The notes below the pieces were generated by a model. It saw only the letters and a program-made list of their open reading frames with translations, had not been told where the DNA came from and ran no database searches. Source: an uncultured delta proteobacterium (GTDB lineage Bacteria; Desulfobacterota; Desulfuromonadia; Geobacterales; Pseudopelobacteraceae). From it: 64,000 nucleotides of DNA. The stretch's first letter is position 1; every line of letters begins with the position of its first letter. The stretch covers positions 64,001 to 128,000 of the forward strand of contig CAVYYZ010000005.1 of assembly GCA_963772835.1 (NCBI GenBank), read 5' to 3'. The position numbers and the translations under genes are program-made. Below are positions 28,697 to 38,415 of the stretch, piece by piece.

Positions 28697-31687
28697 CTAC
28701 AGCTCCCGCAATGTCTGCTGCCACGCTTCTTTCAATTCGCACAGATCCGCCGTTACAACAGTCGCATTATTCAAGCCTGTGATAGAAAGAATCCGCTCTT
28801 CCGTCACAGCACCGATCGAAGCGAAGCAGTTTCCACCCATAAGTGTTTCGAATTCGGCGCGTCGTTCCGGATGAACTGTTACCAGGTGGCGGGAAGCCGA
28901 CTCGGAGAAAAGCAGCGAGCAATCGCTTCTGCCGGCCGCATCGCCCTTCCAGAGAACGAGGGAAAGATCGAGATTCATGCCGAATCCTCCGGCAAAGGAA
29001 GATTCAGCCGCCGCCACCGCCAAACCACCGTCGGAGAGGTCATGACAGGAAGCAACGGTTCCCTGATTAACCGCCTGATGATAGGCCTTATAGCGCTTGT
29101 ACGCTGTGGATGCATCAACCCGTGGCACCTTGTTGCCGACCGCCCCGGTGAGCGCCAGATATTCCGATCCCCCCAGTTCGTCGGCTGTTTTACCGAGCAG
29201 ATACACTATGTCGCCCGGCTTTTTGACATCCATGGTGACCGCTTTTCGCGCATCATCGATTTTGCCGATAACGGAGAAGAGCAGCGTCGGAGGAATGGAT
29301 ATCTTGGTCGTACCATCGTAGAAGTCATTCTTCATGGAGTCCTTGCCTGATATCAGCGGAAGGTTGTACTCCATGCAGACGTCGTACAGAGCCTGATTGG
29401 ACCGCACCAACTGGGCCATTTTGTAGGGACCGTCCGGCGTTTTCTCCGACAGAACCGGATCGCACCAGCAGAAGTTATCCAGACCGGCAACCAGATCCAG
29501 TGAACCGCCGACGGCCACATAGTTGCGCAGAGCCTCATCAACGGCGTTGGCGGTCATATGATAGGTATCGATGTCAGAGAAACGTGGACAGATGCCGTGG
29601 GCTGTCACAACCCCCTCGAAAGAATCAAGCAAAGGCCTGACTACCGCCGCATCTGAGGGTCCGTCGTTGGTGACGCCGGTGAACGGCTTGACGACCGAAC
29701 CACCCTGCACTTCATGGTCGTAGCGGCGCACCACCGACTCCTTGGAACAGATGTTCAGCGCCGACAGCAGCTTCTTCAGGTCATCAGTGTAGCCCTCTTT
29801 TGCAACAAGAACCGGCTCCTCATTCACCGGCGGAATCCACTTTGCCGGAATCTGCATCGGGGGGAGCCCTTCATGCATGAATTCCATCGGCAGCCAGGCA
29901 ACAGTCCTGTCACCATAGAGCATATGAAAGACACCATTGTCAGTGAATTCACCCAGCACCGTGGCCTCGACCCCAAAACGGACCGCCATGGCAAGAAAAT
30001 CGTTGATCCGATCAGGAGGAACGGCCAGAGACATTCGCTCCTGAGCCTCAGAAATCAGTATTTCCCACGGGTTGAGGCCGGGATATTTTAGCGGCGCCCT
30101 GGCGAGGTCCATCCGGCAGCCGCCGCACTCACCCGCCATCTCGCCGATAGAGGATGACAGACCGCCGGCACCGTTATCGGTGATGAAGCGGTAGAGTCCC
30201 TTGTCACGGGCCCGGATCAGGAAATCGAACATCCGCTTCTGTGTAATAGGGTCGCCTATCTGCACCGCCGTTACCGGCGAGTTTTCGTTCAGTTCCTCTG
30301 AGGAAAAAGTTGCTCCGTGAATACCATCCTTACCGATCCTGCCACCGGTCATGACAATCAGATCGCCCGGCATGATGGATTTTTCATGAGCCGGCAGGCC
30401 GTTGATGACGGCAGGCATCAGACCTGCGGTGCCACAGAAGACCAGCGGTTTGCCGGCAAACCGGTCATCAAACACAAGCGAGCCGTTGATCGTTGGGATG
30501 CCGCTTTTGTTACCGCCATGTTCTACGCCTTCGACAACCCCTTCAAAGATCCGGCGCGGATGCAGCAAGCGACTGGGAAGCGGTTTGGCATAGAACGGAT
30601 CGGCAAAACAGAAAACATCCGTGTTGAAGATCAGCTTAGATCCGATACCGGTGCCGAACGGATCACGATTGACCCCCACTATGCCGGTTAACGCGCCGCC
30701 GTAGGGATCAAGGGCTGATGGCGAGTTATGGGTTTCAACCTTGAAAACAAGAGAGTGGGTGTCATTAAACTTGATCACGCCGGCGTTGTCTTTGAATACG
30801 GAAAGACAGAAGTCTTTATCACCCATCCGTTCCCGCACATCTTTCGTCGTCCGCTGAATAAATGATTTAAACAGGGATTTAATCTCCTGACGACTACCGT
30901 TCTCATCCTCATACTGCACGGTACCGGAAAAAATCTTGTGCTTGCAGTGTTCTGACCAGGTCTGAGCAAGGCATTCCAGCTCCACATCCGTCGGACGTGC
31001 GCCCAGTCCGAACGTGAGCCGCTCTGACAGAACTTTTGCATCACGGTAGTGCCCCTGAATGATCTTCATTTCATCCAGCGTCAGTGCCAGGACCCCGTCC
31101 TTACTGATTCGCAGAAGCTCTTCATCCTCAACCTCCAGATCGATTTCACGCACCTCGATCTTCGTTTCACTACTGACTTTCGGGACGTAGGGAGGAAAAC
31201 CACCTTTAGCAGCAAAATCTGCGGCGGAAAGGATGCTGTAGCGCTGAATGAGAGTATTGCAGAGGAGGCCGGTGGCTATTTTATCAACATCGGCTGCAGA
31301 CAAACTACCTTTGAAAAGATATTGCACAGAGTAATACACACCATCGCCGGCAGCACAGGGCCGCCCGGACAGATAGGTAACCGCCTCGCGAGCTGTACGT
31401 CCGACGTTGTCTGTAACACCGGGGCGGAAGCCGACTTCCACTGCAAAATCGAACTCGGCAGCAAGCGGGCGATCGATACTCCATAGTTGGATAACCGGAT
31501 CACTGAAGGGGCCGGCGGCAGCCAGTTCCAGCTCTTCTGCACTAAGATCTGTGTCGAGGGTGTAAACGTCCAGTGTACGCACCTCTTCAACATCAAGATG
31601 CAGGAAGTGCCCTATCTCCCGTTTGATCCGCTCGCCTCGTGCATCACGCACGTTCTCTTGTAATGCCGCTTCAATTCTGTTGGCCAT
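28697..31687 (-). CDS. purL: FGAM synthase synthetase subunit with N-terminal PurS-like extension
   Basis: WSEHCKHK, KVETHNSPS, DNGAGG, SEAQERM and HDLSDGGL motifs. 996 aa with no glutaminase domain. Confidence 0.94.
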   Translation of the reverse strand: MANRIEAALQENVRDARGERIKREIGHFLHLDVEEVRTLDVYTLDTDLSAEELELAAAGPFSDPVIQLWSIDRPLAAEFDFAVEVGFRPGVTDNVGRTAREAVTYLSGRPCAAGDGVYYSVQYLFKGSLSAADVDKIATGLLCNTLIQRYSILSAADFAAKGGFPPYVPKVSSETKIEVREIDLEVEDEELLRISKDGVLALTLDEMKIIQGHYRDAKVLSERLTFGLGARPTDVELECLAQTWSEHCKHKIFSGTVQYEDENGSRQEIKSLFKSFIQRTTKDVRERMGDKDFCLSVFKDNAGVIKFNDTHSLVFKVETHNSPSALDPYGGALTGIVGVNRDPFGTGIGSKLIFNTDVFCFADPFYAKPLPSRLLHPRRIFEGVVEGVEHGGNKSGIPTINGSLVFDDRFAGKPLVFCGTAGLMPAVINGLPAHEKSIMPGDLIVMTGGRIGKDGIHGATFSSEELNENSPVTAVQIGDPITQKRMFDFLIRARDKGLYRFITDNGAGGLSSSIGEMAGECGGCRMDLARAPLKYPGLNPWEILISEAQERMSLAVPPDRINDFLAMAVRFGVEATVLGEFTDNGVFHMLYGDRTVAWLPMEFMHEGLPPMQIPAKWIPPVNEEPVLVAKEGYTDDLKKLLSALNICSKESVVRRYDHEVQGGSVVKPFTGVTNDGPSDAAVVRPLLDSFEGVVTAHGICPRFSDIDTYHMTANAVDEALRNYVAVGGSLDLVAGLDNFCWCDPVLSEKTPDGPYKMAQLVRSNQALYDVCMEYNLPLISGKDSMKNDFYDGTTKISIPPTLLFSVIGKIDDARKAVTMDVKKPGDIVYLLGKTADELGGSEYLALTGAVGNKVPRVDASTAYKRYKAYHQAVNQGTVASCHDLSDGGLAVAAAESSFAGGFGMNLDLSLVLWKGDAAGRSDCSLLFSESASRHLVTVHPERRAEFETLMGGNCFASIGAVTEERILSITGLNNATVVTADLCELKEAWQQTLREL

Positions 31688-31688
31688 A

Positions 31689-32786
31689 TCAGTCTGTTCC
31701 TTTTTGCATTTTCACCGTTCTGATCGGGAACGGAATTTCAATAGAGTTCTCGCCAAATCTTTTGAGAATGAGCGAATTTAATTTATCGGTGGTTGCAAAC
31801 AATGTGCTGTACTCCTCAACCCAGAAAAACAGGGACATATTGAGAGCGGAATCGCCGAAACTGACAAAATATGCTTCGGAGGGAGGGTCGATCAGAACAT
31901 CCGTGACTTCACCGGCAGTCGCTACCAGCAGCAGTTTTACCTGATCAACATCACTTCCGTACGCCACACCGATATTGATGCGCCCTTTGACCCGGCTGTT
32001 AGGAAAAGCCTGGTTCGTCAGCATGGTATTACAGAGGTCGGAATTAGGAATAATCAGCAGTTGATTATCCAGTGTCCTGATCTTGGTACTCCGCAGACCG
32101 ATATCGGCCACATCACCAATCTGGCCACCGATCAGCTGAATACGATCGCCAATCCGGAACGGTCGATCCAGCATGAGGGTAAAACCGGAAATCATGTGAG
32201 CCAACGTATCCTTAGCCGCCAGCCCGATTGCAAGCGACCCGATACCGAGGGCGGTAACGATCGAAAAAATGTCGTAATTAAAATGCTTGAGTACAACCAC
32301 CAGAGCCGTGCCCATAAGAAAAAGTGATACTATCTTTTCAGCCACCGGCATCATCTGGCGCGACATGACGGCACCGGAAGTCTCTTCCTGACCGGCTGCA
32401 TACCATTTCAGCAGCTCGTCAAACACGTGATAGATAAGATTGCATACGATTGCGACGAGGATGATATAAATGGCGCCGGAAACAATCATAATCAGCTTTT
32501 CATGCAACGGCAGTGTGCGGATGGCCAGGTACACACCCAGCACCATGAACAGTCGAGACACGTACGGGATCGCCCGCTGCAGGACACGGTCATCAAGATC
32601 GGTTGAGGTAAAGCTCGTTAGTCGCCTTCCCCACTTATTCAGGACCATGACGGCCAGATGTGACAGCGCCCAGAACAGGGCCAGTATCAGCAGAGCAACC
32701 AGGAGCTCTTTTGCCCAGAAAAGCAGAAAACTATCCCCTTCCTGTGCCTGAAGGACCCCCTGTATGAAGCCAAGTACTCTATTCAC
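31689..32786 (-). CDS. Small-conductance mechanosensitive channel family protein
   Basis: GLAAKDTLAH..SG, RPFRIGDRI, IGLRST and IPFP motifs. Start placed at a GTG overlapping the purB end. Confidence 0.9.
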   Translation of the reverse strand: MNRVLGFIQGVLQAQEGDSFLLFWAKELLVALLILALFWALSHLAVMVLNKWGRRLTSFTSTDLDDRVLQRAIPYVSRLFMVLGVYLAIRTLPLHEKLIMIVSGAIYIILVAIVCNLIYHVFDELLKWYAAGQEETSGAVMSRQMMPVAEKIVSLFLMGTALVVVLKHFNYDIFSIVTALGIGSLAIGLAAKDTLAHMISGFTLMLDRPFRIGDRIQLIGGQIGDVADIGLRSTKIRTLDNQLLIIPNSDLCNTMLTNQAFPNSRVKGRINIGVAYGSDVDQVKLLLVATAGEVTDVLIDPPSEAYFVSFGDSALNMSLFFWVEEYSTLFATTDKLNSLILKRFGENSIEIPFPIRTVKMQKGTD

Positions 32787-34074
32787 CGAACACCCGTTTG
32801 AAAATTGTGCCCACATGTTTCAGATGATAGTTCAGGTCAAAAGCTTCGCGGATTCTGGCCTCCCCAAGTGCACCGACCACCTCCTGATCCGCCAGCAGTT
32901 CGGTCTGAAAATCCTTCCCCTGTTCCCAGACTTTCATGGCATTTCGCTGAACAAGACGATATGAATCTTCACGAGATACCCCGGCCTGAGTCAGATCGAG
33001 CAGAATCTTCTGGGAAAAGACCAGCCCCTTCATCTGGTTGAGGTTTCTCGACATGTTTTCAGGGTATACCACAAGGTTCTTGATCAGGCCGTTGAGACGC
33101 CGCAGGGAGAAATCCAGCGCGACAGTTGCATCGGGAGCGATATAGCGTTCGACCGAAGAATGGGAAATGTCCCGTTCGTGCCATAATGCCACGTTCTCAA
33201 GTGCGGGAATACAGAGCGCACGGATGTAGCGGGCCTGACCAGTGAGGTTTTCTGACAGGATCGGATTCCGCTTGTGCGGCATGGCCGACGAACCCTTTTG
33301 CCCCTTGCTGAAGAACTCCTCTGCTTCCAGTACTTCGGTGCGCTGCATGTGGCGCACCTCAATGGCAATCCGTTCCATGGACGAGGCGATGATTGACAGG
33401 ACGCAGAAGTACTCGGCATGACGATCACGCGGAATAACCTGGGTAGAGACCGGCTCAGGCATGAGTCCCATTTTCGCGCAGACATATTCTTCAACGTAGG
33501 GGTCAATGTTTGCAAAAGTGCCGACCGCCCCTGATATAGCGCCGGTGGCGATATTCTCACGGGCGGCGGCGAGGCGCACCCGGTTACGCTGCATCTCGGC
33601 ATAAAAAGAGGCAAGTTTGAGTCCGAAAGTCACCGGTTCAGCGTGAATGCCATGAGAACGGCCGATGCAGACAGTCTCCTTGTGCTCGTAAGCGCGTATT
33701 TTTAGAGACTCCAGAAGCATATCCAGATCGGCCAGCAACTCATCTGCAGCCTGAACAAGTTGAACCGACAGACAGGTATCAAGGACATCGGAAGAAGTCA
33801 TGCCCTGATGAATAAAACGGGCTTCCGGGCCGACATGCTCTGCTACTGACGTTAAAAAGGCGATCACATCGTGCTTTACCTCTGCCTCGATGGCGTCTAT
33901 GCGGGCGATATCGAAATCACCTTTAGCGCGAATTACCGGCACGACCTCCTTGGGGATAACTCCCAGTTCAGCCTGCGCTTCGCAGGCCAGAGTCTCAATT
34001 TCGAGCCAGATGCGAAAGCGGTTTTCAGCAGTCCATATATGGGTCATTTCGGGTCGGGAATAGCGTTCAATCAT
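32779..34074 (-). CDS. purB: Adenylosuccinate lyase
   Basis: MIERYSR, KHDVIAF and GSSAMPHKRNP motifs. Confidence 0.97.
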   Translation of the reverse strand: MIERYSRPEMTHIWTAENRFRIWLEIETLACEAQAELGVIPKEVVPVIRAKGDFDIARIDAIEAEVKHDVIAFLTSVAEHVGPEARFIHQGMTSSDVLDTCLSVQLVQAADELLADLDMLLESLKIRAYEHKETVCIGRSHGIHAEPVTFGLKLASFYAEMQRNRVRLAAARENIATGAISGAVGTFANIDPYVEEYVCAKMGLMPEPVSTQVIPRDRHAEYFCVLSIIASSMERIAIEVRHMQRTEVLEAEEFFSKGQKGSSAMPHKRNPILSENLTGQARYIRALCIPALENVALWHERDISHSSVERYIAPDATVALDFSLRRLNGLIKNLVVYPENMSRNLNQMKGLVFSQKILLDLTQAGVSREDSYRLVQRNAMKVWEQGKDFQTELLADQEVVGALGEARIREAFDLNYHLKHVGTIFKRVFGE

Positions 34075-34107
34075 GTAAAACTCCTCGTTATATTGGTTCG
34101 CGCAGTG

Positions 34108-34881
34108 CTATATTTCCATAACCGCGCTCGCGTGGTATTGGTCGCCGATGACAATGCGCGGGGCACAGATATTCTGATCATTCAAAAAAGCCCGGGTAGT
34201 ACGCAGCACATGATCCGGATGATTGTTCACCTCGGACAGATGTGCCATTATCAGGGCTTCAAGACCTTCATGGGCAAGTTCATGGAGCAGTTCAAGAGAT
34301 TCTTCGTTTGAGATATGACCGTGGCGGGACTTGATGCGCTGCTTCAATTCCCACGGATAGGGGCCGTTCATCAGCATATCAACATCGTGATTAGACTCCA
34401 GATTGAGTACCCGGCACCCACGCAGCTTTTCCGTTACCAGACGTGTGACGATGCCCAGATCGGTAACGGAAGCTGAACGCCCTTCACAGGATTCAATAAC
34501 AAAGCCGACCGGGTCACAGCTGTCATGAGTAATTGGAACAGGATCAATCAGGACATCCCTGAAGGCAAGCACAGAACCTGATTCAAACTCGCATACCCGG
34601 GTCTTCTTGAAATATTTATCGGCCTTGGAGGTGTGAACCAGATGGCTGGCAATAACAGGCACATTGAACTTCCGGGCAAAAGAACCGGCGCTCCGGATAT
34701 GATCGATATGCTCATGCGTAACCAGCACTGCATGAATGCCTGAAGCTTCAACGCCGACCTCTTCCATACGCAGCAGCGTCTCGCGCAGAGACAGGCCGGC
34801 GTCTATCAGAACACGGGTATCCCCGGTTTCAAGATAGAGACAGTTACCTTTGCTGCCGCTCGCCAGCGAACAGATTTTCAC
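34108..34881 (-). CDS. MBL-fold metallo-hydrolase (YycJ/WalJ-like)
   Basis: LASGSKGN, THEHIDH, ESNHD and HLSEVNN motifs. Confidence 0.9.
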   Translation of the reverse strand: MKICSLASGSKGNCLYLETGDTRVLIDAGLSLRETLLRMEEVGVEASGIHAVLVTHEHIDHIRSAGSFARKFNVPVIASHLVHTSKADKYFKKTRVCEFESGSVLAFRDVLIDPVPITHDSCDPVGFVIESCEGRSASVTDLGIVTRLVTEKLRGCRVLNLESNHDVDMLMNGPYPWELKQRIKSRHGHISNEESLELLHELAHEGLEALIMAHLSEVNNHPDHVLRTTRAFLNDQNICAPRIVIGDQYHASAVMEI

Positions 34882-35063
34882 ACAGACTCCAGGATTTTCA
34901 GGATAATGATGTGCCGACAGAGAATGCCGACAAAAGCAGAGGAATTACATCGGATTATATCCAACCACCCGGATGCCGAAGATGTTACTTTGACAAGCAG
35001 TAAATATACACTGAAGACGGCAGTAGTTTCAAGGTTTATCATAGTAATGCAGTGAACATATCT

Positions 35064-35345
35064 TCAGATTTCAGAGATCTCCGAGGCCGTTATCTCAACA
35101 TCCGGCCACCCCTCGTAAATCCACTCCTCCAGCCGTTCAAGTGCCTGCCGCGGGATGCATTTATCCGGGCTGACAGTAACAAATGCGAGCACACCACACG
35201 CAGGGTTATCCTGTCTATCAACCTCCGCACATGCCACGTTGAAGCGGTTCTTCGCCCGACTAAGAATACTCTTGACGATGCCTCGCTTCTCTTTAAGTGA
35301 ATGCGACAACAGGGAAAGGTGGATTTCGAGACAGAACACAAACAT
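35064..35345 (-). CDS. DUF503 family protein
   Basis: SHSLKEKR...RFNVACAEVD. Confidence 0.85.
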   Translation of the reverse strand: MFVFCLEIHLSLLSHSLKEKRGIVKSILSRAKNRFNVACAEVDRQDNPACGVLAFVTVSPDKCIPRQALERLEEWIYEGWPDVEITASEISEI

Positions 35346-35348
35346 GGG

Positions 35349-36728
35349 TCAGAACTCACAGTGGCGGGGCGTGCGGGGAAACGGAATCACGTCGCGGATA
35401 TTCTCCATCCCCGACAGATACATGACCAATCTCTCAAAACCGAGGCCAAACCCCGCATGCGGGCAACTCCCCCAGCGACGACTGTCCAGGTACCACCAGA
35501 GAGACTCGCGGGCTATTCCCATCTCCGCCATCCGCATCTCCAGCCGGTCTAATCGCTCTTCTCTCTGGCTGCCCCCGATAATCTCACCGATTTTCGGCAC
35601 CATCAGATCCATTGCCGCCACAGTACGACCATCATCGTTCTGCCTCATGTAAAAGGCTTTTATGCACTTCGGGTAATTGAAGATAAAGGCCGGGCCGCCG
35701 ACTATCTGCTCGGTTATGTAGCGTTCGTGTTCGGTCTGCAGATCGAGCCCCCACTCCACCGGATACGTAAATGTGGCTCCCGATTTCTGCAAACGTTCAA
35801 CTGCTTCACCATATTCCATCCTGATGAAATCTGCATCAGCTACCCCGCTGATTCGCTTAATCAGGCCTTTTTCAATGTGGTTGTCAAAAAAAGCCATATC
35901 ATCGGCACACTCTTCGAGAGCAAAGCGGCAGAGATATTTAACAAATTTTTCCGCCAGGTCGGCATCATCGGCCAGCGTGGCAAACGCCATCTCCGGTTCA
36001 ATCATCCAGAACTCTGATGCGTGACGCGCGGTATTGGAATTCTCTGCCCGAAACGTCGGGCCAAACGTATAGATATCCCCAAAGGCCAGCGCAAACAACT
36101 CCCCTTCAAGCTGACCGCTCACGGTCAGGCCGGTTTTCTGACCGAAAAAATCCTGCCCGAAATCCGGCTGCCCGTCCAGAATGGGGGGTTCTGCTGCGTC
36201 AAGCGTACTGACGCGAAACAGTTCGCCGGCGCCTTCACAGTCGCTGGAGGTAATGATCGGGGTATGGACATACAGGAAGTTCTGTTCGGAGAAAAACCGG
36301 TGAACGGCCTGGGCAAGTCGTGACCGCAAGCGGAATACCGCTCCGAACGTGTTCGTGCGTGGCCGGAGGTGAGAGATGGTACGCAGATATTCGAATGAAT
36401 GCCGTTTTTTCTGGAGAGGGTAAGACGGGTCGGCAGCACCGATTAATTCGATTGATCGGGCTGCGAGTTCCCATTTCTGGCCGGAAGCCGGCGATTCAAC
36501 CAGAGTGCCCTCAACTGTGACGGCCGACCCGGTTCCGATCCGGCAGATATCGCTGAAATTTGAAAGAGCAGACTCGGCCACTATCTGGATTCCAGCGGCG
36601 GTCGACCCGTCATTAAGCACAATAAAACAGATCTCTTTAGAAGACCTGACGGAGCGCACCCATCCTGAAAAAGAGCATCCCGGCGCCGCTGTTTCCATTT
36701 CAAGAATATCTTTTATTCGTATCCTCAT
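35349..36728 (-). CDS. asnS: Asparagine--tRNA ligase
   Basis: DCEGAGE, TVSGQL, GPTFRAENS, GGSQRE and GFGLGFER motifs. Confidence 0.96.
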   Translation of the reverse strand: MRIRIKDILEMETAAPGCSFSGWVRSVRSSKEICFIVLNDGSTAAGIQIVAESALSNFSDICRIGTGSAVTVEGTLVESPASGQKWELAARSIELIGAADPSYPLQKKRHSFEYLRTISHLRPRTNTFGAVFRLRSRLAQAVHRFFSEQNFLYVHTPIITSSDCEGAGELFRVSTLDAAEPPILDGQPDFGQDFFGQKTGLTVSGQLEGELFALAFGDIYTFGPTFRAENSNTARHASEFWMIEPEMAFATLADDADLAEKFVKYLCRFALEECADDMAFFDNHIEKGLIKRISGVADADFIRMEYGEAVERLQKSGATFTYPVEWGLDLQTEHERYITEQIVGGPAFIFNYPKCIKAFYMRQNDDGRTVAAMDLMVPKIGEIIGGSQREERLDRLEMRMAEMGIARESLWWYLDSRRWGSCPHAGFGLGFERLVMYLSGMENIRDVIPFPRTPRHCEF

Positions 36729-36854
36729 TATCGAGCTCCAAAGCAGCCTGCTTGTTTGACCTTACGGACAGTGATATGGTAGGCTTGTATAGCATTCAGC
36801 GTGACATACTGATCGGCATCCGATTCCACCCGACCGCTACAAGGAGATTCTATC

Positions 36855-37229
36855 ATGAAACTAACTGTATGTGCAGTTCTCGCCTTAACCCTGATTACAA
36901 GCTTTTCCGCAGGAGCGGCAGAATCGCATCAAAGCGTTCTGAACCCTGCCAAAGCCGCCGAGGCAAAAAAATATCCTCAGATAGTTCTTTACTCCGTGGC
37001 CTGGTGTCCCCACTGCCGTGACGCCAAGGAATACCTTACAACAAACAACATCCCATTTATTAATCGTGATGTCGAGGTTGATGCCACGGCGATGGAAGAG
37101 TTGACAGTCAAATACAACAGCACCGGAGTGCCGGTGATTATTTTCGGAAAAGGCAATAAGGAGGTTAAAATGAAAGGGTTCACTCCAGAGCTGTTTCAGG
37201 AAATGTTACAAAAAGCGCGCTTGAAGTAG
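36855..37229 (+). CDS. Exported glutaredoxin-family protein
   Basis: Signal peptide, WCPHC active site, GVP motif. Confidence 0.85.
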   Translation: MKLTVCAVLALTLITSFSAGAAESHQSVLNPAKAAEAKKYPQIVLYSVAWCPHCRDAKEYLTTNNIPFINRDVEVDATAMEELTVKYNSTGVPVIIFGKGNKEVKMKGFTPELFQEMLQKARLK

Positions 37230-37258
37230 ACCGGGGAAACCCGCCCACCAGAGACAGG

Positions 37259-37999
37259 TCATGCAAGCATCTTGAATAGCTTCAGAACAAGCAGCGTTAT
37301 GGCAGTACCGATACATGCGCCGATGATTGTTTCGCGCATTGAATGAATTTTCATCAGCAGCCGGGAGTGACTTACCATAGCAGCCAACGAGAGTGAAAGA
37401 AGAGAGATAAGCGGATCACGGGTATTAAGCGAGACCGCTGTCGCAATTGAGAACGCGACGGCAGCGTGTCCGCTCGGTATTCCGCCTTTAAGAGGGGTGC
37501 CGGTACCGGTTGCGCTCTTTACGATAACAACAACGATCACGACGATCAGTATCGAAACGACCGTCCCCATATCAGACGCAGTGCCAAACATAGCGAGGAC
37601 CTCCCCGTAGCGCGGCATAACATATTTGGCCAGTATCAGGTATCCCATGATGGCAGCACCACAGGCGGTGATCAGTACGGCACCCGCTGCCGTGTCTTTT
37701 GCAATTTTGGCCAATGGATGATATCCGGGAGAAGCGAGATCGACAACCGCTTCAATTGATGTGTTAAACATCTCGGCGCAGAGCACTGACAAAATTGAAA
37801 GTGCAAGCAGCGCAAATTCCACCGGACTGACTTTGAGAAACAATGCGGCAAGCAGTACGCCAATAGCCGCGATAAAATGAATCCGCATGTGCTTTTCAGC
37901 GCGGGCGGCGTGAAGGATTCCTTCAACGGCGCAGTTTGCCGAATCTATAAACCGGTCGGGCTTATCAACCCTTCCTTTTTCAGGATTCTGAATAGCCAC
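37259..37999 (-). CDS. dgkA: Diacylglycerol/undecaprenol kinase fused to a PAP2-like domain
   Basis: EMFNTSIEAVVD and AKDTAAGAV, then PSGHAA and SR....H. Confidence 0.88.
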   Translation of the reverse strand: MAIQNPEKGRVDKPDRFIDSANCAVEGILHAARAEKHMRIHFIAAIGVLLAALFLKVSPVEFALLALSILSVLCAEMFNTSIEAVVDLASPGYHPLAKIAKDTAAGAVLITACGAAIMGYLILAKYVMPRYGEVLAMFGTASDMGTVVSILIVVIVVVIVKSATGTGTPLKGGIPSGHAAVAFSIATAVSLNTRDPLISLLSLSLAAMVSHSRLLMKIHSMRETIIGACIGTAITLLVLKLFKMLA

Positions 38000-38415
38000 T
38001 GCTCCTTCCGCATCATTTTTTGTGCCTCTGCCTCACCGCTCCGTTCATGATCATAACCACACAGATGTAAAATGCCATGCAGCAGCAGAAACGAAAGCCG
38101 CTCGAAAAACTCCACCCCCCCCATTTCCGCCTCTCTGGCCGCAGTATCTGCGGAAATTATTACATCGCCCAAAGCGTGCGGGTTTATTCCACCGCAGTCA
38201 CCTTCCTGCAACGAGAACGATATCACGTTGGTCGGACGGTCTTTATCAAGATACTCCCGATTAATGATTCTGATAGAGCGGTCACCCACAATTGAAACGG
38301 AGAGTTCTGTTTCATCAGGACATCCCAAGGCGTTTAAGATTCTCACCGCCACCTTTTTGAGCTGCCGGTTTTTGCAGAGATGACGTCTCTGGCGATTGTT
38401 CAATAATATCAACAT
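37945..38415 (-). CDS. ybeY: rRNA maturation RNase YbeY
   Basis: PTNVISF, LGDVIIS and HGILHLCGYDH motifs. Confidence 0.95.
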   Translation of the reverse strand: MLILLNNRQRRHLCKNRQLKKVAVRILNALGCPDETELSVSIVGDRSIRIINREYLDKDRPTNVISFSLQEGDCGGINPHALGDVIISADTAAREAEMGGVEFFERLSFLLLHGILHLCGYDHERSGEAEAQKMMRKEQWLFRILKKEGLISPTGL

